Origin: an uncultured Candidatus Binatia bacterium
GTDB lineage: Bacteria > Desulfobacterota > Binatia > HRBIN30
Assembly (NCBI GenBank): GCA_964534275.1
Contig: CAZHQG010000002.1
Coordinates: forward strand, 140,243 to 204,242
Length of the DNA: 64,000 bases
Reading direction: 5' to 3'
In this document: one piece after another, positions 37,887 to 47,703 of the stretch
Position numbering within the stretch: position 1 is the stretch's first letter
Layout: every line of letters begins with the position of its first letter
Notes under the pieces: model-generated
What the model was told of the DNA's origin: nothing
Databases searched by the model: none
What the model saw: only the letters and a program-made list of their open reading frames with translations
Translations under genes and position numbers: made by a program

Positions 37887-39119
37887 TCACTCTGGGGCTC
37901 CAAGCCAGTACGAGGGAATGACCACAATGTTCTTGTTCGCTGCGGCTCGCGCCACTTTCGGGTCCACGGTGTAGGAGACCACGAAAACAAAACGATTTGC
38001 ACCGACGAAACCGTATTTTTCCAGTCGCTGCAAACGCTTTTCGAGTTTCGTTAAGTGTTTGAGTCCCAAACGTGCCTTGGCTTCGCCAACCACCGTGACC
38101 GTTTGCCCGTTTTGTACGGCAGTGCCGAAAATGTTCAATTCCTCTGCTCCGCCATCCGGATACTCTACCCATTTTCGCTCCAGTGCACCCTGGACCTCGA
38201 GACCGAAATGCTTTCGAAGCACTTTCGGTAAACGGAAAATGGCACGGTCCTCCAGGCCGTAGCCCACGGCGTCCGACAAGTTGGCAAGCATTTCACGTGT
38301 TTGCCGATGGTCGCGCACAAGCGCCTGCACTTGTTTGGTGAGTTGGCGAAGTTCCTGCTGCGTTTGCCGGTGCGATTCGGTGAGTTCCTTTAGGCTGCGC
38401 TGGGTTTCCTCCATCGCGGCAGTGAGCGCTGCAAAGCGGAGATCTGTCGCGTTGCGGAATTCGCAATACTCTTGATAGGCGCGCTCCTGGGCTGCCGTGA
38501 GTTCGGCGAAACGCTGGTTGGCGACTCTGCGGAACTCGGAGAATTCTTGGTATGCACGTTCCTGGGCGGCGGTGAGGCTAGCGACTGCGGCCTCGGTGCG
38601 TTGCTGGGCAGCAGCGAGTTCGGCGAAGCGCTGGTCTGTTGAGGCACGAAGCTGGGCAAGCTCTTCCCCCGTGCGCTGCTGGGCTGCAGCAAGTTCGGCG
38701 AAGCGCTGGTCAACGACTGTGCGGAACTCGGAGAATTCTTGGTATGCGCGTTCCTGGGCGGCGGTGAGGCTAGCGACTGCGGCTTCGGTGCGCTGCTGGG
38801 CAGCGGCAAGCTCTTGTACTCGGTGTTCGGTTCGGGCTTGCGCGTCGGCGAGAAGTGCGAAGCGTTGGTCGACGTGACGGCGGAGTTCCACCAGCTCGTG
38901 TTCGACACGTTCCTTCAATCGCTCGTCGGTGCGTTGCTGGGCTTCCGCAAGATCACGCAGGGCGTCACGCAGTTCTGCAAACTCAGCCTTGGTCACTTGG
39001 TCGCGCATCTCGTCGTAAAGGGTGGCCAGTGCGCGTACCAACACCGCGGCGGTATCCGGATCGAGGCTCCGGCCCGCTACGGCACTGAGTTCGGCAAGTG
39101 TGGATGCAAAGGTAGCCAC
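37887..39119 (-). CDS. Coiled-coil repeat protein with C-terminal PD-(D/E)XK-like (DUF3782-like) domain
   Basis: 410 aa. The N-terminal two-thirds consist of repeated heptad modules (FAELAAAQQRTEAAVASLTAAQERAYQEFSEFR occurs twice, plus diverged copies). The C-terminal ~130 aa read YPDGGAEELNIFG...VTVVGEAKARL, consistent with a restriction-endonuclease-like D...E.K arrangement. Confidence 0.7.
   Translation of the reverse strand: MATFASTLAELSAVAGRSLDPDTAAVLVRALATLYDEMRDQVTKAEFAELRDALRDLAEAQQRTDERLKERVEHELVELRRHVDQRFALLADAQARTEHRVQELAAAQQRTEAAVASLTAAQERAYQEFSEFRTVVDQRFAELAAAQQRTGEELAQLRASTDQRFAELAAAQQRTEAAVASLTAAQERAYQEFSEFRRVANQRFAELTAAQERAYQEYCEFRNATDLRFAALTAAMEETQRSLKELTESHRQTQQELRQLTKQVQALVRDHRQTREMLANLSDAVGYGLEDRAIFRLPKVLRKHFGLEVQGALERKWVEYPDGGAEELNIFGTAVQNGQTVTVVGEAKARLGLKHLTKLEKRLQRLEKYGFVGANRFVFVVSYTVDPKVARAAANKNIVVIPSYWLGAPE
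38461..38830. repeat. Intragenic tandem direct repeats (~180-bp period)
   Basis: Two ~100-bp copies at 38527-38632 and 38708-38806 are >90% identical (ggaactcggagaattcttggtatgcRcgttcctgggcggcggtgaggctagcgactgcggcYtcggtgcgYtgctgggcagc...). A diverged third copy lies at 38461-38525. Confidence 0.85.
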
Positions 39120-39329
39120 GTGGTCTTGTATAACCCAAATCGGCGACTTTGCCGACCCGTCCTTTACAACCGTAGAAACAGTGATCCGTCACGCACCACG
39201 GGCGGTGCAGTGGGCGTTGTGCGCGCAGGGGCTATCGGTTCATCTTTCCCCGATCTGGGTTTTTGCACACCAGAGATGTGTCCCGCTGTAGCGACGAGTG
39301 GCCACCGATGCGCAGCCATCAAACGGCCG

Positions 39330-39357
39330 CGTATCGTTCCCCACACGCGTGGGGATA
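39330..39357. promoter_or_regulatory. Bulged inverted repeat GTATC-gtt-CCCCAC-acgc-GTGGGG-ATAC; candidate operator or RNA hairpin upstream of the coiled-coil gene
   Basis: Seen directly at 39330-39357 within a 450-bp gene-free spacer between the recN stop and the coiled-coil gene start. Confidence 0.3.
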
Positions 39358-39568
39358 CAAGAGTGTTGGCCGGGCAAGACGCCCGCGCTCCTAGGCCATT
39401 CCACCACTGGTTCCCGTGGCAATGCAGCGGTTCCGGCCGTCGCCCGTGTCCAGAACCCCAAGATGTGGGACGTGATGAGGGCTGTCCGTGAGGGAAACGA
39501 GGAATGGGCCTAGACCGCTGGGGGCCGTTGGTGTCGCCTTTCGGCGACAAGCGCCGACGCGTGAGACC

Positions 39569-41272
39569 TCACGACGGCTTGAGTGCCGCCAGCAGTTCGC
39601 GTGCGTAGCGTTCCGACTCGGTCCCAGTGCTGCCCAGCATGCGGGCCAGTTCGCGGACGCGTTCTTGCCCGGCGACGGCCCTTGCCCGGGTGTACGTCCG
39701 TCCGTTGCGCACGTTCTTTTCTACCGCCAGGTGGCAGTCGGCAAATGCCGCAATTTGGGGCAAATGCGTGATGCAAAGAATTTGCTGCTGGCGTGCCAAC
39801 GCGTGCAGGCGCTTGCCCACCGCCGTAGCCGTGGCGCCGCCAATGCCGGCATCCACTTCGTCGAAGAGCCACAACGCAGCACTGCGAGCGGCCCCAGTGA
39901 GTACTTTGAGGGCCAACATGACGCGCGACAGCTCGCCACCCGAGGCAATGCGAGCCAGCGGTCGCGCAGCTTCTCCCGGGTTTGCACACCAAAGGAACTC
40001 CACCGCATCGGCCCCAGTGTAATCAAAAACCCCCGATTCCTGTTCTGCCAGCTCGTGCTCCGCCGCTCGGGCCAGCTCTTCGGTCCCCTTGCGGCGAAAC
40101 TCCACTTGCAAGGCAGCTTCTCGCATGCCGAGGGCGCGGAGTTCCTGGCGCACCCGGGTTGCCAGGTCTTGCGCCGCCCGTTGGCGTGCTTGCGACAGTG
40201 CGTGCGCGATTTCCCGCACTTGGGCGAAGCTCCGATGCAGCTCTTCTCGCAGTGCTTGTGGGTCCGGCGTCGTCTCCTGCAACGCTTCTAGTTCGCGTTC
40301 CAGTTCTTCGAGCCGATCCGGTAAATCGTCCGCTTCACATCCATACTTGCGCGCGAGGCGGCTGAGAAGCGCGAGGCGGTCTTCTACCGCGGCAAAGCGC
40401 TCGGGGTCGAACTCCAGGCGGTCGAGATACCGGCGCAGTTGAAACGCCGCTTCGCTCATCAGCGTTCGCGCTTGGTGGACAAGGTCGACAGTCGCGGTGA
40501 GTTCTGGATCGATGCGGGCTGCTTCGCCAAGCGCGTGCGTGATTCGCGTGGCCAGGTCGACCACGTTCGTTTCCGCCGACTCCAGTGCCGCCTCGCTTTC
40601 GCCGCACAATCGCTGCAGTTTTTCCACGTGCCGGAGCTTCTCTCGCTCTGCCTGCAGTTGTGTGTGTTCTCCGGGGACGAGACGCGCTTGTTGCAACTCG
40701 GCAACTTGGAAGTGCAACAGTTCCATCCGGCCCTGCACGGTTCCGGCACTGTCGAGCGCTTGCCGCCACCGGCGGTACGCCGCCTGCCACGCAGAGTACG
40801 CCTGTTCCATTTCGGCGCGCCGTGCTTGCAGGCCGGCGAACTCGTCGAGAAGGTCCAAGTGGGTTTCCGGACGCAGCAGCGCTGTTTGTTCGTGTTGCCC
40901 ATAGATGTGCACCAAAGACGCGCCCAGTTCGGCAAGTTGCGTCGAGGAAACCGCGGAGCCATTCACCCACGCGCGGCTGCGCCCAGTACGCGAGAACACC
41001 CGACGCACAACGACTTCGCTGGCGCCGGGCAAGCCCTGACGGTCGAGCCACTCTGGAGCCACGTCCTCGAACAAGGCCTCCACGCTGGCTTCGTCGCTGT
41101 CGGTGCGAATCAAGTCTGCCGAGGCGCGGCCTCCGCACAGTAACGCGAGGGCCCGGACGATCACGCTCTTGCCGGCGCCGGTCTCGCCGGTGAGCACGTT
41201 CAGGCCGGGCGCGAGCTCCAGTTCGAGCTCGTCGATGACCGCCATTTGTCGAATTGCAAGGTGTCGCAGCAT
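39569..41272 (-). CDS. recN: DNA repair protein RecN (SMC-like ATPase)
   Basis: The Walker A motif LTGETGAGKS, a long coiled coil, and the C-terminal signature and Walker B motifs (GGELSRVMLAL, LWLFDEVDAGIGG) are present. Confidence 0.95.
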   Translation of the reverse strand: MLRHLAIRQMAVIDELELELAPGLNVLTGETGAGKSVIVRALALLCGGRASADLIRTDSDEASVEALFEDVAPEWLDRQGLPGASEVVVRRVFSRTGRSRAWVNGSAVSSTQLAELGASLVHIYGQHEQTALLRPETHLDLLDEFAGLQARRAEMEQAYSAWQAAYRRWRQALDSAGTVQGRMELLHFQVAELQQARLVPGEHTQLQAEREKLRHVEKLQRLCGESEAALESAETNVVDLATRITHALGEAARIDPELTATVDLVHQARTLMSEAAFQLRRYLDRLEFDPERFAAVEDRLALLSRLARKYGCEADDLPDRLEELERELEALQETTPDPQALREELHRSFAQVREIAHALSQARQRAAQDLATRVRQELRALGMREAALQVEFRRKGTEELARAAEHELAEQESGVFDYTGADAVEFLWCANPGEAARPLARIASGGELSRVMLALKVLTGAARSAALWLFDEVDAGIGGATATAVGKRLHALARQQQILCITHLPQIAAFADCHLAVEKNVRNGRTYTRARAVAGQERVRELARMLGSTGTESERYARELLAALKPS

Positions 41273-41304
41273 ACGGAACGATCGCGCCGGCTCGGCGCCA
41301 GTGC

Positions 41305-42162
41305 TTAACGCTCGCCCCAGCGCAACTTGTTGCGCAAAACATCAAAATAGCTGCGCTGCGGCGACTGTACGAGCGGTGCTCGCAACGCTGCCTTGCGAAT
41401 CTCCACTTGGTCGCCCGTGGTCAGAGGAAAGGCCTCTTGCCCGTCGATGGTCAGCACCACGTCTTCTTCCGGTGTTTCGACCGACACCCGCACGACCGAC
41501 TTGTCTGGCAGCACGATGGGCCGATTCGTGAGCGTGTGGGGGCAGATGGGGCTGAGCACCAGGACCTCCACGGCAGGATGCACAATGGGCCCGCCAGCGG
41601 ACAGGGAATACGCCGTGGAACCCGTGGGTGTAGTTACGATGAGGCCGTCCGCTTTGTACACGCACAGCTCCTGGTCGTCCACGGAGGTCCGCAAGTCGAT
41701 CATGCGGGCCAGCACCCCTTTGTTGATCACCGCGTCGTTCAGTGCCAAGCGCTCGGCCAGCACTTGTTCGCCCCGTCGCCAGCGTACGTGCAGCATCATG
41801 CGGCGGTCGACCTGCAACTGCCCTTGCAGGATCTGGCCGAGGAAGTCGTACAGTTCGTCCACCGTGGTCGCCGTGAGGAAGCCTAGCCCCCCGAGATTCA
41901 CCCCGAGGATGGGTACTTCGCGCTCGCGCAGTAGGCGCGCCACACTGAGGATGGTGCCGTCGCCGCCCAACACGATGACCAGGTCGACGCTTTGCACGAC
42001 CTCCTCGCGGGTAGCGGCGCGGGCTTGGGGGGCGGCAGTGGCTAGCACCGGCGTTTCGACCCAAACTTCGATTCCCTGTGCCCGGAGCCAGTCCGCTAAC
42101 CGGGCTGCGACCTCGAGCGCCCGCGGCTGACCTCGCTTGGCGATGATGCCGACTGACTGCAT
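41305..42162 (-). CDS. nadK: NAD(+) kinase
   Basis: The motifs GGDGT and NxGxLGFL are present. 285 aa. It lies 32 bp upstream of recN. Confidence 0.9.
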   Translation of the reverse strand: MQSVGIIAKRGQPRALEVAARLADWLRAQGIEVWVETPVLATAAPQARAATREEVVQSVDLVIVLGGDGTILSVARLLREREVPILGVNLGGLGFLTATTVDELYDFLGQILQGQLQVDRRMMLHVRWRRGEQVLAERLALNDAVINKGVLARMIDLRTSVDDQELCVYKADGLIVTTPTGSTAYSLSAGGPIVHPAVEVLVLSPICPHTLTNRPIVLPDKSVVRVSVETPEEDVVLTIDGQEAFPLTTGDQVEIRKAALRAPLVQSPQRSYFDVLRNKLRWGER

Positions 42163-42291
42163 GCACGCAGGCTACCACAGCAGGCCACTTCAGGGCTACC
42201 GCCGCTCCGGGCACGGGCGCGAGTTGCCGCCGACTGTTTTCCTGCTACCAGCGGGGCACTGGCGACATGCAAGCGGCGCGAGGCGGTTGGG

Positions 42292-43911
42292 GTGGTGTGG
42301 CGTAGCGGTACGTTGCAAATCGGCCGATCTCTGCAGCGCGCAGCACGAGCGTTGTGGTTGGCCGTGAGCCTGGCAACTGTCGCGGCGGGGTGCCGAAGCG
42401 GCCCCGAAGTTCGAGCGGAGTCGACGCAGGACTTGCTCTCGCGCTGCCCGATCGGGGAAGTGCGCACGGATGTTTCCTTCCCCGGCGTGAGGGAATCCGT
42501 GCGCGCGCCCCGCAAGGAAGCGTGGGAGCGTAGGTTTTCCAGTCGGGCCGAGTTCAAAGCGGCGCTGCGGGCCCGGCTGGAAGCCTGGCCAGAACGCTCT
42601 CCAGCCGCCATGCCCGACCTGCCCCGCGACCCACGTGCATTCGCCATGCAAGTGGCCCGCGACACGTGGCGCGGGTTGCGTGGTCTTCGCGACCGGCAAC
42701 ACGGCTTGCCCATCGATCACGTGCGGTGGCTCGGGCCGACCTTCGCGGCGGAAGATGCGGAGATCGGTGATTACACGAGCAGCTCGAATGTCGGCTTGTT
42801 TTTGCTCGCGGTGGTAGCCGCACGCGATCTTGGTTTGGAAACGCATGACAGTGCCGTGTCGCTCGTTCGCGCCCTGCTGGACACGCTGGCGCGGTTGGAG
42901 CGGTATCGTGGCTTTTTTTTCAACTACTACGATACCACCTCGCTCGAGCGGACCAGCCACCTGATCTCGTTTGTCGATTCGTCGTGGCTCACGGCCGGCA
43001 TGCTGGTTGCGCGCAACGCTTTTCCCGAACTCGCCGCCCGCATCGAAGGCTTCTTGGCTGAGGAGAACTACGCTTTGTTTTACGACCCGAGCCGGGGCCA
43101 AATGCGTCACGGCTATTATGTCGTGCCAGGTGTCTACTCGCCGTTTCACTACGGCGTTCTTTTTACCGAAGCGCGCTTGGGGAGTTTGCTGGCCATCGGC
43201 AAGGGCGACGTGCCGCGCAGTCACTGGTACGCATTGGTTCGAACCTACCCGCCGGGTTGCAAGTGGCAACGTCAGGCGCCGGTCGAGCCAAGCGTGGAGC
43301 GTAAAAACGGGTACCCAGTCTACCGCGGCTACTACCGCTGGCGAGGGATGTACTACGTGCCCTCGTGGGGTGGCAGTATGTTCGAAGCGCTCATGCCTTT
43401 GCTGCTCGTGCCAGAACACAAGCTGGCGCCCCAGGGCTGGGGAGGAAATGCTTTGGCGCACGCCATCGTGCAGCGACGGTTCGCGATGGAGAAGTGGAAC
43501 CAGCCGGTTTGGGGAGCCTCGCCAAGTATGAACCCGAACGACACGGACTATCGCGAGTTTGGGGTTCCAGTTCTGGGTACACGTGGCTATCCGGGCGGCG
43601 CCGTGAGCCCGCATGCTTCAGCCCTTGCACTCGTCGTGACCCCGGACGAGGCTTTGGCGAATCTGCAGCGACTAGCGCAGCTTTATCCGATCTATGCCGA
43701 CTTCGGGTTCTTCGATGCGGTCGATCCAAGTACTGGCAGCGTTGCACGCGGCTACTTGAACCTCGACCAGTCGATGATCCTGGTATCCTTGGCCAATTAC
43801 CTCTTGCCTGGCGGAGTGTGGCAGTATTTCGTGAGCGACCCGCAAGTGCGTCGTGCTCTCTCGTTGTTGGCCGAAGAACGGTTGTTTTCCGCAGACGAAC
43901 GCCCGCTTTGA
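42292..43911 (+). CDS. Lipoprotein with DUF3131-like (putative glucoamylase / GH144-like (alpha/alpha)6) domain
   Basis: GTG start. The lipobox is LAVSLATVAAGC. The remainder resembles the DUF3131 family by pattern (aromatic-rich YYRWRGMYYVPSWGGSMFEALMPLL). Assignment is from memory only. Confidence 0.55.
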   Translation: MVWRSGTLQIGRSLQRAARALWLAVSLATVAAGCRSGPEVRAESTQDLLSRCPIGEVRTDVSFPGVRESVRAPRKEAWERRFSSRAEFKAALRARLEAWPERSPAAMPDLPRDPRAFAMQVARDTWRGLRGLRDRQHGLPIDHVRWLGPTFAAEDAEIGDYTSSSNVGLFLLAVVAARDLGLETHDSAVSLVRALLDTLARLERYRGFFFNYYDTTSLERTSHLISFVDSSWLTAGMLVARNAFPELAARIEGFLAEENYALFYDPSRGQMRHGYYVVPGVYSPFHYGVLFTEARLGSLLAIGKGDVPRSHWYALVRTYPPGCKWQRQAPVEPSVERKNGYPVYRGYYRWRGMYYVPSWGGSMFEALMPLLLVPEHKLAPQGWGGNALAHAIVQRRFAMEKWNQPVWGASPSMNPNDTDYREFGVPVLGTRGYPGGAVSPHASALALVVTPDEALANLQRLAQLYPIYADFGFFDAVDPSTGSVARGYLNLDQSMILVSLANYLLPGGVWQYFVSDPQVRRALSLLAEERLFSADERPL

Positions 43912-44142
43912 CGTTCGCGTGCCCAACCGCGACCCAGTGCGCATCCGGCCGCACCGAAATCCGGAAACGGCGCGCTCCTCGCTGTGTGCCGAGCTGGAAG
44001 GCAGAGCGACGTCGGGCCACCAGCCGATGCGGCTGCAAGCGTGACCGGACGGCCGCCGCACGTTGGCCCGGCTCCCACGTCGAAGCGTGGCCCATCCAAA
44101 AAGGAACGGGCTGGTCTTGACCGAGCACGGGCGACCCAGTAA

Positions 44143-44158
44143 GTGAACGTTTGTTCAC
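44143..44158. promoter_or_regulatory. Perfect palindrome GTGAACGTTTGTTCAC (GAAC-N4-GTTC core) 22 bp upstream of the NMO start codon
   Basis: Seen directly. It matches the GAAC-N4-GTTC architecture of Cheo-type (LexA/DinR-like) or TetR/GntR-type operators. Confidence 0.45.
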
Positions 44159-44179
44159 ACGACGGAAGGACGGAGAACG

Positions 44180-45316
44180 ATGCGTACGCCTATTTGCGAT
44201 CGACTAGGAATCGAGCTGCCGATTTTTGCCTTCAGCCACTGCCGAGACGTGGTAGCGGAGGTGAGCAAGGCCGGCGGCTTTGGGGTGCTTGGAGCGGTGG
44301 GTTTCTCGCCGGACCAGCTCGAAGTCGAGTTGGAATGGATCGACCGGCATGTTGGGGATCGGCCGTACGGCGTGGATATCGTGATTCCCGGAAAGTACGA
44401 GGGCCAGGGCGTCATGGATCCTGCCCAGCTCGAGGCGCAGCTCCGCGCCATGATTCCGCCGGAACATATCGCGTTTGCCGAAAAGATCCTCGAAGAGCAT
44501 GGTGTACCCAAGTTGCCTCCCGGGGAGCGTCCGGTGGGCCAGTTGCTGGGCTGGACGGCAGCAACAGCCACGCCGCAGGTAGAGGTAGCGCTGCGCCACC
44601 CGAAGGTTCGTTTGATTGCGAATGCTTTAGGAACGCCTCCGCGAGAGGTGATCGACGAAATTCATCGCACCGGGCGACTGGTCGCAGCGTTGTGTGGCTC
44701 GGCAAAACACGCCCTTTCCCACAAAGAAGCCGGCGTGGACATCGTTGTGGCTCAAGGCACGGAAGGGGGCGGGCACACGGGGGAAATTGGCAGCATCGTG
44801 CTGTGGCCCGAGGTGATCGATGCAGTGGCGCCCTTGCCCGTGTTGGCTGCCGGGGGGATTGGCACCGGCCGGCAAATCGCGGCAGCGCTGGCGATGGGCG
44901 CACAGGGCGTGTGGACAGGCTCGTTGTGGCTCACCGTGCGTGAAGCGGACGTTCCGCCGGCGCAGATGGAGTGCTACCTGCGCGCGAGCAGCCGCGACAC
45001 GGTGCGGTCCCGTTCGTTTACTGGAAAGCCCTGCCGCATGTTGCGCAATGCGTGGACCGAGGCGTGGGAACGTCCCGATGCCCCAAAGCCGTTGGGCATG
45101 CCGCTGCAATTTATGGTTACGGCAGACGCGGTTGCCCGCGGGCATCGCTATGCCGAGAAAGCCAAAGACGTGATGTTCAACCCGGTCGGGCAAATCGTCG
45201 GCCGGCTGAACACGGTGCGTAGCGTCAAAGAGGTGATCTACGACCTCGTACAGGATTACCTCGAGGCAGTAGAGCGGCTGCAAAAGCTCTCGGCAGTGGA
45301 AGCGTCCGCAGCTTGA
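44180..45316 (+). CDS. Nitronate monooxygenase / FabK-like FMN-dependent oxidoreductase (2-nitropropane dioxygenase family)
   Basis: 378 aa. NMO TIM-barrel motifs are present (PIFAFSHC, GFGVLGAVG, VAQGTEGGGHTG, LAAGGIGTGRQIAAALAMGAQGVWTGS). Confidence 0.85.
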   Translation: MRTPICDRLGIELPIFAFSHCRDVVAEVSKAGGFGVLGAVGFSPDQLEVELEWIDRHVGDRPYGVDIVIPGKYEGQGVMDPAQLEAQLRAMIPPEHIAFAEKILEEHGVPKLPPGERPVGQLLGWTAATATPQVEVALRHPKVRLIANALGTPPREVIDEIHRTGRLVAALCGSAKHALSHKEAGVDIVVAQGTEGGGHTGEIGSIVLWPEVIDAVAPLPVLAAGGIGTGRQIAAALAMGAQGVWTGSLWLTVREADVPPAQMECYLRASSRDTVRSRSFTGKPCRMLRNAWTEAWERPDAPKPLGMPLQFMVTADAVARGHRYAEKAKDVMFNPVGQIVGRLNTVRSVKEVIYDLVQDYLEAVERLQKLSAVEASAA

Positions 45317-45428
45317 GCGCCGGGCTCGTAGCCAGCGGAGAAACGCGGGAAACCATTTGGCAACTCGGTCCACCGGGTTGCCTCTGCGCCAGTGGGCGCA
45401 TACACCTGCCGCTGCAATCCTGGCAGCC

Positions 45429-46565
45429 ATGGCAGGCGTGACCCTGAAACACGTAAGCAAGGTCTTCCCCGACGGGACGGTCGCTCTGTCGGAGATGGAT
45501 TTGGAGGTAGCCGACGGCGAACTGTTGGTGATCGTTGGCCCTTCTGGCTGCGGCAAGTCGACGCTGCTGCGCATCGTTGCTGGACTCGAGGACGCGACTA
45601 CCGGCGAGGTCTGGCTCGGGGACCGGATGGTGAACGATGTACCGCCGCAGCAGCGCAACGTCGCCATGGTGTTCCAGGACTACGCACTCTACCCGTTTCT
45701 GACCGTCGAGGAAAATCTCGCCTTTCCGTTACGCATGCGCAAACTACCCCGGGCTGAGCAGCGCGAGCGGATTGCACGCGTTGCACGCATGCTCGACATC
45801 GAGCTGTTGCTGCAAAAGTATCCGCGCGAGCTCTCTGGCGGCCAGCGGCAACGAGTGGCCATGGGACGGGCGTTGGTTCGGGACCCGGCAGTGTCGCTGC
45901 TCGACGAGCCACTTTCGAACCTCGATGCCAAATTGCGCGTAAGTGTGCGGGCGGAAATTGCCGCCATTCAGGAGCGCACGCGGACGACGATGATTTACGT
46001 CACTCACGACCAAACGGAGGCCATGACGCTGGGGCATCGGGTAGCCGTGCTCGACCGCGGGCGCCTGCAGCAAATCGCTCCTCCACGGGTCCTCTACGAG
46101 GAACCGGTCAACGCGTTCGTTGCCGGGTTCATTGGCAATCCCCCGATGAATTTGTTTCCGGCCATCGTGGAGTCACGCAACGGACAAACGTGGCTGCGGG
46201 TGGAGGGTGTCCGCCTGCTGGTCGATTCACGACGCTTGCCGCAGTCGCTTGTGGGCCCCTCGCCTGTGGTCACCGCTGGTGTGCGTGCAGAAGCCATCGA
46301 GTGCAGCACGACCGGTGGCCCCGGCTTCGAACCGGCTACGGTCGAGCACGTGGAGCATCTCGGGCATGAATCGCTGATGTATATCCGCCTGCAGGCCGCA
46401 GCGAGCGTACGTTGGGTCGTGCGCATGCCGGGCATGCAGCAATTGCGAAAGGACTCCACGGTGTTCGTCCGCGTCTTGCCAGAACGGTGGTACGTGTTTG
46501 CCGAGGCGCTGCCAGGCGATTACCGGCGCCCGGCTGCTGCCCAGCGTTCGAGCGCGGACCAGTAA
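45429..46565 (+). CDS. ABC transporter ATP-binding protein (MalK/UgpC-type with C-terminal TOBE-like domain)
   Basis: Walker A GPSGCGKST, signature LSGGQRQRVAMGRAL, Walker B LLDEPLSNLD. No cognate permease or binding protein is adjacent. Confidence 0.85.
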   Translation: MAGVTLKHVSKVFPDGTVALSEMDLEVADGELLVIVGPSGCGKSTLLRIVAGLEDATTGEVWLGDRMVNDVPPQQRNVAMVFQDYALYPFLTVEENLAFPLRMRKLPRAEQRERIARVARMLDIELLLQKYPRELSGGQRQRVAMGRALVRDPAVSLLDEPLSNLDAKLRVSVRAEIAAIQERTRTTMIYVTHDQTEAMTLGHRVAVLDRGRLQQIAPPRVLYEEPVNAFVAGFIGNPPMNLFPAIVESRNGQTWLRVEGVRLLVDSRRLPQSLVGPSPVVTAGVRAEAIECSTTGGPGFEPATVEHVEHLGHESLMYIRLQAAASVRWVVRMPGMQQLRKDSTVFVRVLPERWYVFAEALPGDYRRPAAAQRSSADQ

Positions 46566-47032
46566 GGTACGCACGCGCGCCGTTCCTGAACCCATGTGCG
46601 CGCCGTGACGAGCGACATGTTCCGAGTGCGGTACACGTAAGCAATGGCAATGGAAGGCGCGCGGTTGATGCCAGCATTGCAGTGCACGTACGCGCGCTTG
46701 CCTTCCGCAGCCCGGTCGCAAAGCCATTCGAGAGCGGGTTCGATGGCTTCGAGCAAGCTTTCGTGGGAACCGTCGACGATGGGAATGCGATGAAAATCGA
46801 TCCCGCGCACGGCACACGCACGTTGCAAGCTAGCGAGAGAAATATTTTTGGCAGCCAAGTCGGCGTCGTCCTGCAGGTTCAAAATGGCCCCAACGCGGAG
46901 CGTTTCGGCAAGCCACGGCACGTCATCTGGCACCAGATATTCGCCTACCAAAAGTTCCGGAAGAATTTCCGTGCAAGACGGTTTTGGAGTTGGGCGCGCT
47001 GGCGAACCCCATGCTCGCAGCCAGTAGGACAT
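46520..47032 (-). CDS. Dual-specificity protein phosphatase (CX5R)
   Basis: The active-site motif VHCNAGINRAPS is present. The 3' end overlaps the convergent ABC ATPase gene by ~46 bp. Confidence 0.75.
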   Translation of the reverse strand: MSYWLRAWGSPARPTPKPSCTEILPELLVGEYLVPDDVPWLAETLRVGAILNLQDDADLAAKNISLASLQRACAVRGIDFHRIPIVDGSHESLLEAIEPALEWLCDRAAEGKRAYVHCNAGINRAPSIAIAYVYRTRNMSLVTARTWVQERRACVPYWSALERWAAAGRR

Positions 47033-47281
47033 CGTGGCGAGGGCGTGTACGCAAGCGTACTCGTTTTCTCAAGTTCCCCGGGGAGTCCTGTGTTTTGCGA
47101 TCGAGAACGGCCAGATGTGCTTGGGAGGTTGGCCACATGTCTCGTCGGGCCGACGTGCGCCTCGAACAATCGTTGCACCATAGGAGAACGCGAGCTGCGG
47201 ATGCGGCATTACGAGTGTTGGACGCTTTTGACTTTTGCCTGGCAAGCCACGTAAATTGAGGCGCCTTGGGAAGGAGGTCGC

Positions 47282-47695
47282 ATGGGAAACGTGCGTGGAA
47301 TGACGATTGGAGTTGCGGCTTTGTTGTGTGTACTGGCCGATCCCGCGATGGCGCAGCGTGGGCGGGTGACCAGTGCGCAAGAAATCGCCTCGGTGTTGAC
47401 CGTTCGCGACGTGCGCGTAGAGGGTGACGTGGTGCGTGCTACGTTGGTCAACCATGCGCCACGCCGGCTGGCGGATGTGCGCTTGCTGATTCGACATGCA
47501 TGGCTGTGGAACAACGAGCGGAACCCGGGAACGGACAATCCCGGGCGTACCGACACGTACGTTCTTCCCGCGGAAATTCCAGCGGGAGGCACCTACAATT
47601 TGGAATACAAGATCGTTCCGCCACTGCCGCGCCGCAGCGATGGCCGGTTTGTGACGACCGTGGAAGTCATCAGCTTTACCGAGGTGGGCTTCTGA
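47282..47695 (+). CDS. Secreted hypothetical protein (137 aa)
   Basis: The signal peptide is MGNVRGMTIGVAALLCVLADPAMA. It lies 8 bp upstream of ybgA. Confidence 0.5.
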   Translation: MGNVRGMTIGVAALLCVLADPAMAQRGRVTSAQEIASVLTVRDVRVEGDVVRATLVNHAPRRLADVRLLIRHAWLWNNERNPGTDNPGRTDTYVLPAEIPAGGTYNLEYKIVPPLPRRSDGRFVTTVEVISFTEVGF

Positions 47696-47703
47696 CTGGA
47701 GGG

